This document shows, one piece after another, positions 11,996-25,534 of a stretch of DNA of 64,000 nt. Source of the DNA: Mobula hypostoma (Eukaryota); NCBI RefSeq assembly GCF_963921235.1, contig NC_086097.1:120468001-120532000 (forward strand). Reading direction: 5' to 3'. The translations under genes and the position numbers were made by a program. Each line of letters opens with the position of its first letter. Position 1 is the first letter of the stretch. The notes below the pieces were generated by a model. The model made no database searches and had not been told where the DNA came from. It saw nothing but the letters and a program-made list of their open reading frames with translations.

Positions 11996-12199
11996 CAAAT
12001 CTTACCCCTTTATGGACACCCCATACACACCATGCTAGAGAAAAAAAATGAAGTGGAATTAATGCAATTCCTTTCACACCCTAAAGACATTTCAAAATTG
12101 TTTTGAAGTCATTAATATATTATGAAATATAACAACATTGTAGGAAATGTGGCAATCAATGTGCTCTTTAAGGCAGTGCAAAACACTGCTGATGGTGGA

Positions 12200-12880
12200 A
12201 TTGAATTGAGTTGCCTTTATTACTTACATCCATCATACAGATGAGGAGTAAAAATCTTTACATTACGTCTTCGTCCAAATGTGCAATGTGCAATTTTTAG
12301 TAATTTATAATAAATAGTATGTACAACAGGACAGTTAATATAACATAGAAATACAATTGTATCAGTGTGAATTAATCAGTCTGATGGCCTGGTGGAAGAA
12401 GCTGTCCTGGAGCCTGTTGGCCCTGGCTTTTATGCTGCGGTACCATTTCCCGGATGGTAGCAGCTGGAACAGTTGTGGTTGGGGTGACTCAGGACCCCAG
12501 TGACCCTTCGGGCCCTTTTTATACACCTGTCTTTGCAGATGTCTTGAATAGTGGGAATTTCACATCTACAGATGCGCTGAGCTGTCTGCACCACTCTCTG
12601 CAGAGACCTGCGATTGAGGGAAATACAGTTCCCATACCAGGCAGTGATACAGCCAGTCAGGATGCTCTCAATTATGCCCCTGTAGAAAGTTCTTAGGATT
12701 TGGGGGGCCCATACCAAACCTCTTCAGCTGTCTGAGGTGAAAGAGGCTCTGTTGTGCCTTTTTCACCACAGAGCCAGTATATACAGACCATGGGAGATGC
12801 TTGGGGATATGGACGCCAAGGAACTTAAAGCTGTTCACCCTCTCAACCCCAGATCCATTGATGTCAATAGGGGTTAGCCT
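12200..12880 (-). mobile_element. 5'-truncated Rex/Babar-type LINE
   Basis: VERVNSFKFLGVHI...KKAQQSLFHLRQLKRFG; ILRTFYRGIIESILTGCITAWYGNC; tail near 12200. Confidence 0.85.
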
Positions 12881-13167
12881 GTGGAGGAAAAAAAAACTGC
12901 TAAATGAACTCAGTGAGTCATGCAGCATCTGTGAAGGCAAAGCAATGGTATTCTCCTGTTCTATATGGTTCTACTAACTGACCAAATTACACTTTTCAGT
13001 GGAAGCAATAAGGAAATTAATAAAATAACAGAACTCAAAGGTGTTTCTTTGAAAGTGTGGTAGAATCTTTTATATTTTGGAGAAATTCCTGTGCAATACT
13101 TTATGAGGGGCTGAATGAGTGAGATGAGATAATTGGAAAGGATTGGGAATAAATAAGAGATTGCTTG

Positions 13168-14965
13168 ATCATAGAATCATAGAACAATACAGAACACATG
13201 CAGGCCTATCGACCCAGTGACTCCATGACAACCATGGTGTCCAACTAGCTAGTCCTAATTTCCTAAGTTCAGCCCATATCCCTCCATACTCTCTCCTCAA
13301 TGTACCTATCCAAGTGATCCTTATATGATACAATTGTACCTGCCTGAACCACTTCCTCTGGCAGCTCATTCCATAAACTCTCCACCCTCTGAGTGAAGAA
13401 GTTGCCCCTTAGGACCCTTCTAAGTCTTTCACCTCTTACCATAAACCTATGCCTCTTAGCTTTGGACTCCCCTCCCGTTGGGGAACAGATTGTTACCATC
13501 TACCTTATTTATGTCTCCTAAATTTTTAATCACTCCTATAAGATCACCCTTCATTTTCCTATGTTCCAAGGAATAACCTCTTCTTATAATTCAGGCCCTG
13601 TATACCTGGCAACAGTTGAGTTTAACCATGTCTTTCATATAACAGGGTGACCAAAACTGTACACAGTACTCCAAGTGTGGCCTCACCAACAACTTACACA
13701 ACTGGAATATAATGTCCTGACTCCTATGTGAAATGCTTTGATTGATGGACCGCTAGTGGGCAAAACACTTTATTCATCACCCTATATACCTGTGACAACA
13801 CTGTCAACAAACTATTCACTTGTGCTCCTTGGCCCCTCTATTCCATTTCACTTCCTATTGCCCCACCATTCATAGTATGTAAGTCCTACTTTGGTTTGAC
13901 TTTCCAAAATACATCACCTCACACTTATCCATATTGAAAGTCATTTACCATTGCTCAGCCCACTTCCTTGGCTGATCAAGATACCCCTGAAAGCTATTAC
14001 AAACTTCTTCTCTATCAACAACATCTTCTAATTTAGTGCCATCTGCAAACTTGCTCACATTGTGGATGCATATTCAAATCACTTATATAAGTAACAAGGG
14101 TCTCAAAACGGACCCCTGTGGCACACCACTAGTCACCAGCCTTCATTCTGAGAAACAATTTTCAACCACCTCTGCTTCCAAAAACCTAATTAATTATGAA
14201 TCCAGCTAACTCTCCCTGGACTCTATGGGAGCTAACTTATTAAACCAGTCTGTTATGTGAGGCCCTATTGAAGGCCTTGCTAAAGACCACATAGACAATA
14301 TTTACCTATTTAAAGAACTCTGATAGATTATCAAACAAGAACTTCACATGCACAAAGCCATGATGACTCCTGACAAGACTACCTATCCAAGTGCTGGTAG
14401 GTCCTGTTCCTCAAAATCCCCTCCAGTATCTTCCCCACCACTGACATCAGGCTGATTGGCCAGTAGCTCCCTGCCTAATCTTTGTTACCCTTCTTCTATA
14501 ACGGAATGATATTAGTCTACAAGAACTTCACGAGTGGCTAATGGCAAAGTAAATACCTTTGCAAAGGCCTCCGCAGTTTCTTCTCTAGTCTCCAATAAAT
14601 TCCAAGGAGATACTTGGACAGGCCCTGGGGATTTATCCATCTTAATGCTCTGAAAGGCAGCAAATACCTCCTACCTGGTAATATGAAAGCTCTTCAAAAC
14701 ATCTCCAGTTGTTTCCCTTAACTTTTGAGCAACAATGGTATTCCTCTCAGTAAACACCAAAGAGAGATATTTGTTAAAATTCCCACCCATCTATGTGGCT
14801 CAAGACACAGGCAGCTTTGCTGATCTCTGAGGGGACCTACTCTCTCCCTAGCCAACCTTTGGCTGTTAATATACAATATCAATAGAAACTCTTGTAATTT
14901 TCCTTAAACTGACATGCCAGGTCCATCTAATACCCTCTCTTTTCCTTCCTGAATTGCCTTTGAAC
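13168..14965 (-). mobile_element. Degenerate CR1 LINE
   Basis: RGNFFTQRVESLWNELP; minus-strand GVPQGSV region (~14110-14135); (TTCTATGA)n-like tail at ~13170. Confidence 0.8.
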
Positions 14966-15848
14966 CCTTTTCTTAATATCACTGGACAACAATTTTTTTT
15001 CAGAAGTTTTACTTCCTCAAATTTTTTTTTTGGTTATGATAGACTGCTTGAGACTGAACACAAATATAATTTCAGACTATCTGTATCACATATGAATTTA
15101 GAGAAAAAAGAAATTAACATTTATTGAATCCAATGCACTTAATTGCAAAACGGTGCTGACGTTTTGCAATAGTGCAACTAAGCTAAAATGTTTTGTTGAT
15201 GATTTTCATTTGTACTCAGTGTCTGAGGCTTCTTGCTTCAGTGTCCATCTCTGTACAAGATAGAGAATATTACAGTTTATGTTGTAGGGAACTTTTTACT
15301 TGACTTGAATTATGAATTAAATAACAAACATACAATATGTGTTTACAAAAGAAATGGTGCGTGATAGGGATGCTTTGTAGCGACCTTCATGATCAGCAAC
15401 CCAAAATCCATAAGATCCACCCATAAGTATCCAGGAAGCAAAACCTTTGATGTCCAGTTTATTTCATAGTCATGAAGGGATACACTCATCCCTTAATGAA
15501 TAAAAAGAGCAGGTGTTCCTGTAAAGGGAATTGTATAAAGTGTTGTGCTGGAGCTGATTTATATGGGCATACTGAGAGCTTGGAATACTTTGGGATGCAG
15601 GCACATGTTTTTCTATATTTACCAGTTAAATTCAGTGTGTGTGTGTGTGTGTGTGACTCTGGCTACCCCAATCACATCTTTTAGATCTAGTTAGCAGGTT
15701 CCTTCCTACCATCAGCAGGTAAAATAATTAGCCTTTGGTCTTAATTGCCCCAAGCACAACTTCACGCAATATTTCGCCAAAGTGCAGGGAACTTTGATAG
15801 ACATACATCTCATTTCCTCCTCATTTTTCTTCATTAAGCACTCAACTC

Positions 15849-16501
15849 GTGCACGCAACGCACGCAGCCGCTCCGAATTGATACTGTATTTGTTAAATAG
15901 AGGCCGTGCACAATCTTGATTTGATGGAGACGGACGTGAGAAGCATGGAGGAACATCTGGAGAAATTTCTGAAATGTCTGCTTCGCTGCCACTGCTACTG
16001 TGCAATCGAGAATCTCCGGAGGGGAAGGCCCCAAATCTTCGGCTTTGCCTACTGACTGTTGCCAGGGCCAGGGTCGAAGCACTTGGCAGAGATGGTGCTC
16101 GGTGCTTGGTGTCGGAGGCTCGAAGTTTTCAGACGGACTTAAAGTCGTACTGTGGTCGGGTGCTTCCAGGATGCTGCATCGGCAAGTTTGCGGCGCTGGA
16201 ATCTCATGGCAGGGAGAGTTTCTCCCTTCAATTGTCTGCGTGAGATGATGGGACTTTCGAGAGACTTTGAGACTTTTTTTTACCGTGCCCATGGTCTGTT
16301 CTTCAACAAATTACGGTATTGCTTTGCACTGTTGTAACTATGTGTTATAATTATGTGGTTTTTGTCAGTTTTTTTTAGTCTTGGCTTGTCTTGTGTTTCC
16401 GTGATATCATTCTGGAGGAACAAATTGTATCATTTCTTAATGCATTCATTACTAAATGACAATAAAAGAGGACTGTGTGTCCTCATAATCTAATCTAATC
16501 T
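15849..16501 (+). mobile_element. Non-autonomous retroposon, family A (non-coding, (TAATC)n tail)
   Basis: 5-bp TSD AACTC (15844-15848, 16502-16506); 3' stem-loop GAGGAC..GTCCTC before the tail; second copy inverted at 48762-49444. Confidence 0.8.
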
Positions 16502-18320
16502 AACTCTAGAATCCATCAAATGTCATGCTTTCAAAGTGCCTATCAATAATGGATTTAAAAAACTGCCTATTATCCTCATCCTCACTCAGCCTAATTGGTA
16601 CAGGAACATATGAATAGGGTTCTAAACTAAATAGTGGGGACAGTGGGTTCAACAGCTCAGAAAAGTATGGGCAAAGTAAAAGGGAAAGAGAGTGTAGGGA
16701 AGTTACTGAAGTCTACAGATTAAAGGATGTATTAAAAGGGATATGGATTTAACCAGACAACATGGAGAAAAAAAAATTGTAAAGATGGATGGAAAATGCA
16801 GAAGGCATAATGTTTGAATGCACACAGTATATGGAGTAAAGTAGATGATCTTGTTAGGAATCTTGTTAGATGTGCTGTTGTGCACATCACAGAGTTGTAG
16901 CTGAAAGGAGATCACAGCTGGGAGCTTATCATCCAACGATCGTATCGAAAGGACAGACAAGTGGGCATTGAGCGTGGGGTGGCATTGTTGTTAAAAATGA
17001 AATCAAAGCCTTAGAAATAAGTGACATAAAACCAGGAGATTAGAATCCTTGTTGGTAGAGTTAAAAACTGCAGAGTTAAAATGTACTGGTGGTTACAAAC
17101 AGTAGCCAGGATGTAAGATACAAACTAAAACAGGAGATAGAAAAGGCATGCAAAAATGGCAATGTGATGATGGTTCTTGGGGATTTCAATATGCAAATAG
17201 GTTGGGAAATCAGATTGGTGCTGGATCCCAACAGAAGAAAGTTATAGAATGTCAACAAGATGGCATTTTAGAGCAACTTGTGATCAAACCTAGGAGGAAA
17301 AGGCAGTTCTGGATTGGGTGTTGTATGACGAAACAGATTTGATGAGAAATCTTAAGACAAGTGAACCCTTAGGGGGCAGTGATCATAATATGATATACTT
17401 CACACTGTAGTCTGAGAGGGAGAAGCCAAAATCAGATGTATCAATATTACACTGGAATAAAGTTGATTGGAAAGAGACACTAACAGGGATGACAGTGGAG
17501 CAACAATGGCTGGAGGTTCTGTGAGCCCTTTGGATGATGCAGGATCAGTTCATTCAAAAGAAGAAGAAGCTTTCTACGGGGAGAATGAAGCAACCATTGA
17601 TTGACAAGAGAAGTCAGCATAAAAGTAAAAGAGATGATGTAGCAAATACTAGCAAGAATTTAGAAGATTGGGAAGCTTTTAAGAAATAACGAAAAACAAT
17701 AAGGGAGAGAAGATGAAATATGACAGTAAGCTAGCCAATAATAAAAAAGAGGATACCAAAAGTTTTTTCAGATATAAAAAGACTAAAAGAGAGGTGAGAG
17801 TAGATATTGGACTGCTGGCAAATGATGCTGGAGAGGTAGTAATGGGGGATAAAGAAAGGATGGATGAACCGAATCAATACTTTGTGTCAGTCTTCACTGT
17901 GGAAGACGCTACAGGCATGCCAGAAATTTGAGGATGCCGGGGGTAGAAGTGAGTGTAATCACTCTGACTGGAATAGTTCTGGATGACTGGGAAATAGCAA
18001 ACGTTACTTCACACTTTAAGAAGGAAGGTGGGCGGGGTAAAAGACTAGAAATTGTAGGTCAGTTAGCCCGACTAAATTTGTTTGCAAGATGTTAAATTGA
18101 TTATTAAGAATGACTTTTTGGGATAAATGAAAGCACATGTTAAAATAGGCTGAAGGCAGAACGAATTCATTAAAGGGAAATTTTGTCTGATAAATCAGTT
18201 AGAATTCTTTGTGGAAATAATAGGCAGGGGAGACAAAAGAAAGTCAGTGGATATTGCTTACTTATATTTTCAGAAGGCCTTAGAGAAGGTGGTTTTCATG
18301 GGGCTGCGAAACAAGAAAGA

Positions 18321-20547
18321 AATGAATGCATCAGGTACACGCAGCATGGATTCAGCAAAGGCAGGTCCTCTTTGACAAACTCATGGGAGTTCTTTGAGGA
18401 TATAATAAGCGCAGTGGATAGAGGGGAACAGATGGACATTATTTACTTGGATTTCCAGAAGACGTTCAATAAGGTGCCGCATAAAAGACTTATCCTTAGG
18501 ATAAAGATGCATAGAGTTGGAGCTAATCTTGGAGCATGGATAAAGAATTGGTTAACCAATAGAATATACATGGGTGTTTCGCTGGTTGGCAATCCGTGGT
18601 GAGTGGTGTGCTGCAGGAATCAATGCTGGGTATGCAACTGTTCACAATATACATAAATGATCTGGAAGAGGGGACCGAATGTAATGTATCTAAGTTTGCT
18701 GATGACACTAAATTGAGTGGAAAAGCAAATTGTGCAGGGGATATGGAAATTCTGCAGAGGGATATAGATAGGTTAAGTGAGTAGGCAGATGGAGTACAAT
18801 GTTGGTAAATATGAGGTCATCCACTTTGGAAGGAAAAATGGAAGATAAGATTATAGTTTATACTATATTGTTGCCAAACAATTGACACTGGAATGTACAA
18901 TCATCACAGTGATATTTGATTCTGTGCTTCCCACTCCCTGGATTACAAATCGATAGTAAATATTAAAAATTTAAATTATAAATCATAAATAGAAAATAGA
19001 AATATGGAAAGTAAGGTAGTGCAAAAAAACTGAGAGGCAGGTCCGGATATTTGGAGGGTACGGCCCAGATCCGGGTCAGGATCCATTCAGCAGTCTTATC
19101 ACAGTTAGAAAGAAGCTGTTTCCAAATCTGGCCATATGAGTCTCCAAGCTCCTGAGCCTTCTCCCGAAGGGAAGAGGGACGAAAAGTGTGTTGGCTGGGT
19201 GGGTCGTGTCCTTGATTATCCTGGCAGCACTGCACCGACAGCGTGCAGTGTAAAGTGAGTCCAAGGACGGAAGATTGGTTTGTGTGATATGCTGCACCAT
19301 GTTCACAATCTTCTGCAGCTTCTTCCGGTCTTGGACAGGACAACTTCCGTACCAGGTTGTGATGCACCCTAGAAGAATGCTTTCTACAGTGCACCTATAA
19401 AAATTAGTGAGGGTTTTAGGGGATAGGCCAAATTTCTTTAGTTTTCTCAGGAAGTAAAGGCGCTGGTGAGCCTTCTTGGCAGTGGACTCTACTTGGTTCC
19501 ACCAAGTCAGGTAATTTGTGATATTGACCCTGAGGAACTTGAAGCTTTTGACCTGTTCCACTTGACACCACCAATGTAAATTGGGTAGTGCAGTCCACTA
19601 CTCCTTCTGAAGTCAACAACCAATTCCTTGGTTTTGTTGACGTTGAGGGATAGGTTATTGTCTTCGCACCATGCCACCAGGTTCTTAATTTCCTCTCTGT
19701 ACTCAAACTCATCATTACCGGAGATACGGCCTACAATTGTTGTGTCATCAGCAAACTTATATATTGAGTCTTATGGAAACTTGGCTACACAATCACGGGT
19801 GTACAGTTATTATTTAAATGGTGAACGATTGCAACATGCTCCTGTGCAGAAGGACTTGGGAGTCCCTGTGCATGAATTACAAAAGGTTGGTTTGCAGGTG
19901 CAGTCGGCTATCAAGAAGGCAAATAGAATGTTGGCCTTCATCGCGAGAGGGATTGAATTTAAGAGTAGGGCAGTTAGCCTGCAAATGTACAGGGTGCCGG
20001 TGAGGCTACAGCTGGAGTACTGCGTGCAATTCTAGCCTCGTTACTTGAGGACGGATATACTGGCTTTGGAGGTGGTGCAAAGGAGGTTAACCATGTTGAT
20101 TCCAGAGATGAGGGGGTTAGACTATGAAGAGAGATTGAGTTGCCTGGGACCGTACTCGCTGGAAGGACCTTAAAGAAACATATAAAATTATGAAAGGGGA
20201 TAGGTAAGATAGGGGCAGGAAAGTTGTTTCCACTGGTATGTGAGACTAGAATTAGGGGACATTGTCTCAAGATTTGGGGGAGACAATTTAGGATGAAGAT
20301 GAGGACGAACAGTGTTTCCCAAATAGTGGTGAATCTGTGGAATTCTCTGCCAGATGAAACAGTGGAGGCTACCTGAGTAAATATATGTAAGACAAGGTTG
20401 GATAGATTTTTGCATAGTGGGGGAATTAAGGCAGGTAGGTGGAGGTGAATCCATGGTCCGGTCAGCCATAATCTTATTGAATAGAAGAGCAGGATCAATG
20501 GGTCAGATGGCTTACTCCTGCTCCTATTTCCTATGTTCTTACTATGT
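18321..20547 (+). mobile_element. CR1 LINE (CR1-B) nested in CR1-A and split by a Rex-type LINE
   Basis: QHGFSKGRSSLTN, YLDFQKTFNKVPH, SKFADDTKL, KKANRMLAFIARG; tail at ~20520-20547. Confidence 0.82.
18855..19806 (-). mobile_element. Rex/Babar-type LINE, 5'-truncated, nested in CR1-B
   Basis: 161-aa ORF KKAHQRLYFLRKLKKFGLSPKTLTNFYRCTVESIL; minus-strand KFADDTT near 19750; probable TSD TTAT (18851-18854, 19807-19810). Confidence 0.88.
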
Positions 20548-20656
20548 GAGAGCCCATGCTATTACAGGGAAGTACCTAGCATGAGTAGAAGATTGGCTGA
20601 TTGGCAGAAGGCAATAAACGGGACCTTTTCTGTTTAACTGAAGGTGTTCCACAGGA

Positions 20657-22311
20657 GAACATAGAAACATAGATTACCTACAGCACAATACAGTCCCTTC
20701 AGTCCACAAAGCTGTGCCGAACATGTCCTTACCTTAGAAATTACCTAGGTTTACCAATAGCCCTCAATTTTTCTTAGCTCCATGTATCTGTCCAGGAGTC
20801 TCTTAAAAGACCCTATCATATCCGCCTCAACCACCGTCGCTGGAAGCCCATTCCACACACTCACCACTCTCTGCGTAAAAAAAAACTTAAACCTGGCATC
20901 TCCTTTGTACCTAGTTCCAAGTACCTTAAAACTGTGCCCTCTCATACTAGCTATTCCAGCCCTGGGAGAAAGCCTCTGACTATCCATACAATCAATGCCT
21001 CTCATCATCTTATACACCTCTATCAGGTCACCTCTCATCCTCCATCGCTCCAAGGAAAAAAGGCCAAGTTCACTCAATCTATTCTCATAAGGCATGCTCC
21101 CCAATTCAAGCATCAGCCTTGTAAATCTCCTCTGCACCCTTTCTATGGTTTCCATATCCTTCCTGTAGTGAGGCAACCAGAACTGAACACAGTACTCCAA
21201 GTGGGGTCTGACTAGGGTCCTGTATAGCTGCAACATTACCTCTCAGCTCTTAAACTCAATCCTACGGTTGATGAAGGCCAATGTACCATATGCCTTCTTA
21301 ACCACAGAGTCAACCTGCGCAGCTTTGAGCATCCTATGGACTCGGATCACAAGATCCCTCTGACCCTCCACACTGTCAAGAGTCTTACCATTAATACTAT
21401 AATCTGTCATCATATTTGACCTACCAAAATGAACCACCTAACACTTACCTGGGTTGAAGTCCATCTGCCACTTCTCAGCCCAGTTTTACATCCTATCGAT
21501 GTCCACTGTAACCTCTGACAGCCCTCCGCACTAACTACAACACGCCTAACCTTTGTGTCATCAGCAAATTTACTAACCCATCTCTCCTCTTCCCCATCCA
21601 GGTCATTTATAAAAGTCACAAAGAGAAGGGGACCCAAAACAGATCCCTGAGGCACACCACTGGTGACCAACCTCCATGCAGAATATGACCCATCTACAAC
21701 CACTCTTTGCCTTCTTTGGGCAAGCCAGTTCTGGATCCACAAAGTAATGTCCTCTTGGATCCCATGCCTCCTTACTTTCTCAATAAGCCTTGCATTGGGT
21801 ACCTTATCAAATGCCTTGCTGAAATCCATATACACTACATCTACTGCTCTACCTTCATCAATGTGTTTAGTCACATCCTCAAAAAATTCAATCAGGCTTG
21901 TAAAGCACAACCTGCCCTTCACAAAGCCATGCTGACTATTCCTAATCATATTATGCCTCTCCAAATGTTCATAAATCCTGCCTCTCAGGATCTTCTCCAT
22001 CAACTTACCAACCACTGAAGTAAGTCTCACTGGTCTATAATTTCCTGGGCTATTTCTACTCCCTTTCTTGAATAATGGAACAACATCCACAACCCTCCAA
22101 TCCTCTGGAACCTCTCCTGTCCTCATTGATGATGCAAAGATCATCGCCAGAGGCTCAGCAATCTCCTCCCTCACCTCCCACAGTAGCCTGGGGTACATCT
22201 CATCCAGTCCCTGTGACTTATCCAACTTGATGCTTTCCAAAAGCTCCAGCACATCCTCTTCCTTAATATCTACATGCTCAAGCTTTTCAGTCCGCTTTTC
22301 AGTCAGCTTTT
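20657..22311 (-). mobile_element. CR1 LINE (CR1-C, copy 1) nested in CR1-A
   Basis: 280-aa RT ORF (NYRPVRLTS, QHGF, DFSKAFDKV, GVPQGSVLGP, FADD) and 161-aa C-terminal ORF; tail near 20660; TSD CAGGA (20652-20656, 22312-22316). Confidence 0.92.
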
Positions 22312-23654
22312 CAGGAATCGATGTTGGATCTGCTACTGTTCATATTGTATGTTAATAACCTGGATGAAAGAATTATGGCTTTGTTGCAAGCTTGTGGATG
22401 ATACAAAGGTAAGTAGAGGGACAGGAAATGTTGAAGAAACAGGGAGTCGGCAGAAGGACTTGCACAGATTAGGAGAATGAACGAAGAAGTAGCAGAGGAA
22501 CAGAGTGTTGAGTCGTGCACCACTTTGGTTGAAGGAATAAAGGCACATATACTATTTTCAAAATAGGGAGCAAATTCAGAAATCAGAGGTGCAGAGGGAC
22601 TCGGGGTTCCAATGCAGTATTTCCTAACGATTAACATGTAGGTTGAGTCAGATGTAAGGAAAGCAGATTTATTTCAAGAAGGCTAGTATATAAAAGCAAA
22701 AAAGTTCTTGTGAGGTTTTATAAGGCATTAGTCACACTGTATTTTCAGTATTGTGAGCAGTTTTGAGCCCCATATCTAAAAAAAGATGTGCTGGTATTGG
22801 AGATGGAGGACGTTCATCCCTGGGAATGAAAAGATTAACATATAAGGAACATATAATGGGTGTGGGCCTGTCTTTGCTGGAGTTTAGGAAAAATGAGGGG
22901 GAATCTCATTAAAACCCATTGAATATTGGAAGGTCTGAATAGAGTGGAGGTAGAGAGGATGTTTCTAATAGTGAGAGAATCTCAGATTAGAGGGCACAGC
23001 CTCAGAATATAGGGTCAGCCCTTTAGAGCTGAGATGAGGAGGAATTTCCTTCGTCAGACTCGGTGAATTTGTGGGATTCATTCCCTCAGCCCGTTGTGGA
23101 GGCCAAGTCACTGGGTATATTTAAAGCAGAGGGTAATAAGTTCTTGATTAGTAAAGGTATCAAAAGTGATGGAGAGAATGCAGGAGAACAGGATTGTGAG
23201 GGAAAATAAATCAGCTATGATTGAATAGCAGAGTTGATTCAATGGACTGAATGACCTGATTTGGCCGCTATGGCTTATAGTCTTATGCAAATTATATGTT
23301 ACTGTGGTAACTGGATGATTGAAATTCTGACATACAGTACACATTAAGGAATATTTGTGGTCTTGACCACTGACTGCTCCCAGCGCATTGGAAAGTTAAT
23401 GCTCCCTTAGCACCATCTTCAAGCTACCATGCCCCATTCAGTAACGACAGCTAAGTATAATACTATTAACTCACAAGTGAGCAATACTCACAGAGCCATA
23501 GAAGTAACAACTAAGCATGATAAAAAAAAATCTTGCTTCAAGTTTTTTTTCATCGCATTAGGTGAGCTGGAAATGAGAGCTCATTTTATATGTGACTAAC
23601 ATATGCAAATTAACCAGCCAAACATAGTTATTGAAAATGTACTGCTAGTTGACA

Positions 23655-23795
23655 CTGATGAAGGGGAAAGGTCTTAGTCTGAAACTGGAGCTGTTTATTT
23701 TTCTCCATAGATACAGCCCGACCTAATGAGTTCCTTCAGCATAATGTGTCTGTTCCTTAGTGTATCTGGTATCTGCAGAATTGTTTGTGTCTTCA
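23655..23795 (+). repeat. Penelope-like terminal repeat fragment
   Basis: CTGATGA...GAAAC followed by TGTTTATT..CCATAGAT..GACCT..TGAGTTCC.TCAGCAT, matching copies at 37740, 46205 and 59010. Confidence 0.6.
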
Positions 23796-23924
23796 TATGG
23801 AATATTGGGTGCAGTTTTGAATAATTGGAAAAATTGCTTTATTACCATCGCATGTAGCAAGGTACAGTGAAAGGCTTGTCTGCATAGGCTCGAGAGGTTA
23901 GTTTTGCTAAGAATGTGTGGGGAT

Positions 23925-24592
23925 CTTCAAGTTCCTGACTGTCAACATCTCTTAAGATCTATTCTGGGCCCAACATATTGAAGCAATTACGAAGAAGGCA
24001 TGCCAGAAGCTGTTTTTCATTTGGAGTTCAAGCAGATTTGGTATGTCACCAAAGGCTCTAGCAAATTTCTACAGATGTGTCATGAAGGATTTTCTAACTG
24101 GATGCATCCTTGCCTGGTATGGAGAGGCCACTGCACAAGATCAAAAAAAATTGCTGAGGGCTATAAGCTCGGCCAGCTCCATCATGCCCACTTGCCTCCC
24201 CAGCAGCGAGGACATCATCATAAAGTGATGCTTCAAAAATGCAGCATCCGTCATTAAAGACCCCCAGCTCCCTGGATATCTCCCCTTCTCATTGTTACCA
24301 TCGGGGGGAAGTACAGGAGCCTGAATATACACACTCAGTGCTTTAGGAACAGCTTCATTCCCTCCAACATTATATTTTCTCAACCATCCTTGAATGGTAC
24401 CTCACTATTTTTGCTCTCTCTTTACAGTACTTATTTATCTTTTTAAATATGTACAGTGTTTCTTGCTATATTTGCTACAAATATTTATATATTTGTACCT
24501 AATATTTTTTATGTTTTGCATTGTACTACTGATGTAAAACAACAAATTTTATATGTCAGTGGTAATAAGCCTGATTTTGATTCTAGTTCTGA
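23925..24592 (+). mobile_element. 5'-truncated Rex/Babar-type LINE
   Basis: MSPKALANFYRCVMKDFLTGCILAWYG; tail AATAAGCCTGATTTTGATTCT. Confidence 0.78.
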
Positions 24593-25534
24593 GACATTAA
24601 ATGAGCCTCATTGATTAGATAGCTACTGTAGACAACAAAGAGGAGATTCCCTTCAAATGCCACGTGTTTTCAAATTAAAAGGAGAACACATGGCAAAACA
24701 AAGCCAAACTGGTGAACAGCCCAGGTTAAACACAAATCAGAGGTGATCAAAAATATTTTATAGGATTAAGTAAAATAGTTCTCCAGAGTAGAAGGAAAAG
24801 AATGAATTTCAGCTAATGTCAATGAAAGCTACATTGAGAACAGCCTAAGCAAAATAGTGGGAGAAATAAGACGTCAGGTAACAATAGCAAAGTTTTTCAG
24901 CTGTAAAACAATCAGAAGAACACACACAGAGCAATGCAGTATTGCCCAGAGCCGATATGGATAGATTTATTTAGATACAGGATGTTTTGAATGACTACTA
25001 AGCACCAGGTTTCATAATAGAAGGAAAACACAGTATGAGTTGGTACTGATGAACTACAGTGTGAATGCTAAAGTTGTAATTTAAAACAGAAGCAGATATC
25101 ATCATCCTGATCAGAGTAAAAGGCTTGACGTAATGTCTCATTAGCTAATTTTTTACTAAGGAAATCAAGTCTTAGTCCTTCTGTTGTTTACTCGCTTTGA
25201 TAGTTGATTTAGTCATGAAGATATATTGGAAATGTGAATTCAGTCATTTCAATGTCTGAGAGGAAATTTCAGTCAATGCTGAAACAGTGGAGATGCCTGT
25301 TCTGTCTTCAGCATATTGATGTTTCTTATGTCACTCTGCTTAGCATAGTCCTGTAAGCTATCCACATGTTTGAGTCCTCCAGATGCAATGTATCATTCTG
25401 GTCATTGTCTGGTCTTGTTTAATCTTTGCTTTGTCCAAAGGTCCCATGTGGGACACTGCTTCAATAGGTTAGTGCCACTGGGATTCAGTGCAAGTTGATA
25501 AATTGTCTGTTATTGTCAAGGTAGTGAAAAAGTA

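Larger units (their letters stand above)
16590..23290 (+). mobile_element. Old CR1 LINE (CR1-A) in three pieces (~16590-18320, 20548-20656, 22312-23290) hosting younger LINEs
   Basis: Endonuclease GDFN and GGSDHN motifs, YFVSVFTVED, RT pieces colinear across the inserts, CR1 tail at ~23270-23290. Confidence 0.75.

Noticed and set aside
19076..19561. ALKBH8 N-terminal/DUF1891-like ORFs as host genes (also near 1553, 12430, 24043, 51305)
   Set aside because: Many dispersed, truncated copies with LINE tails; these are Rex/Babar RT C-termini
24750..25450. Very old L2-like RT remnant on the minus strand (HQYAED-like)
   Set aside because: Too degenerate to support by eye
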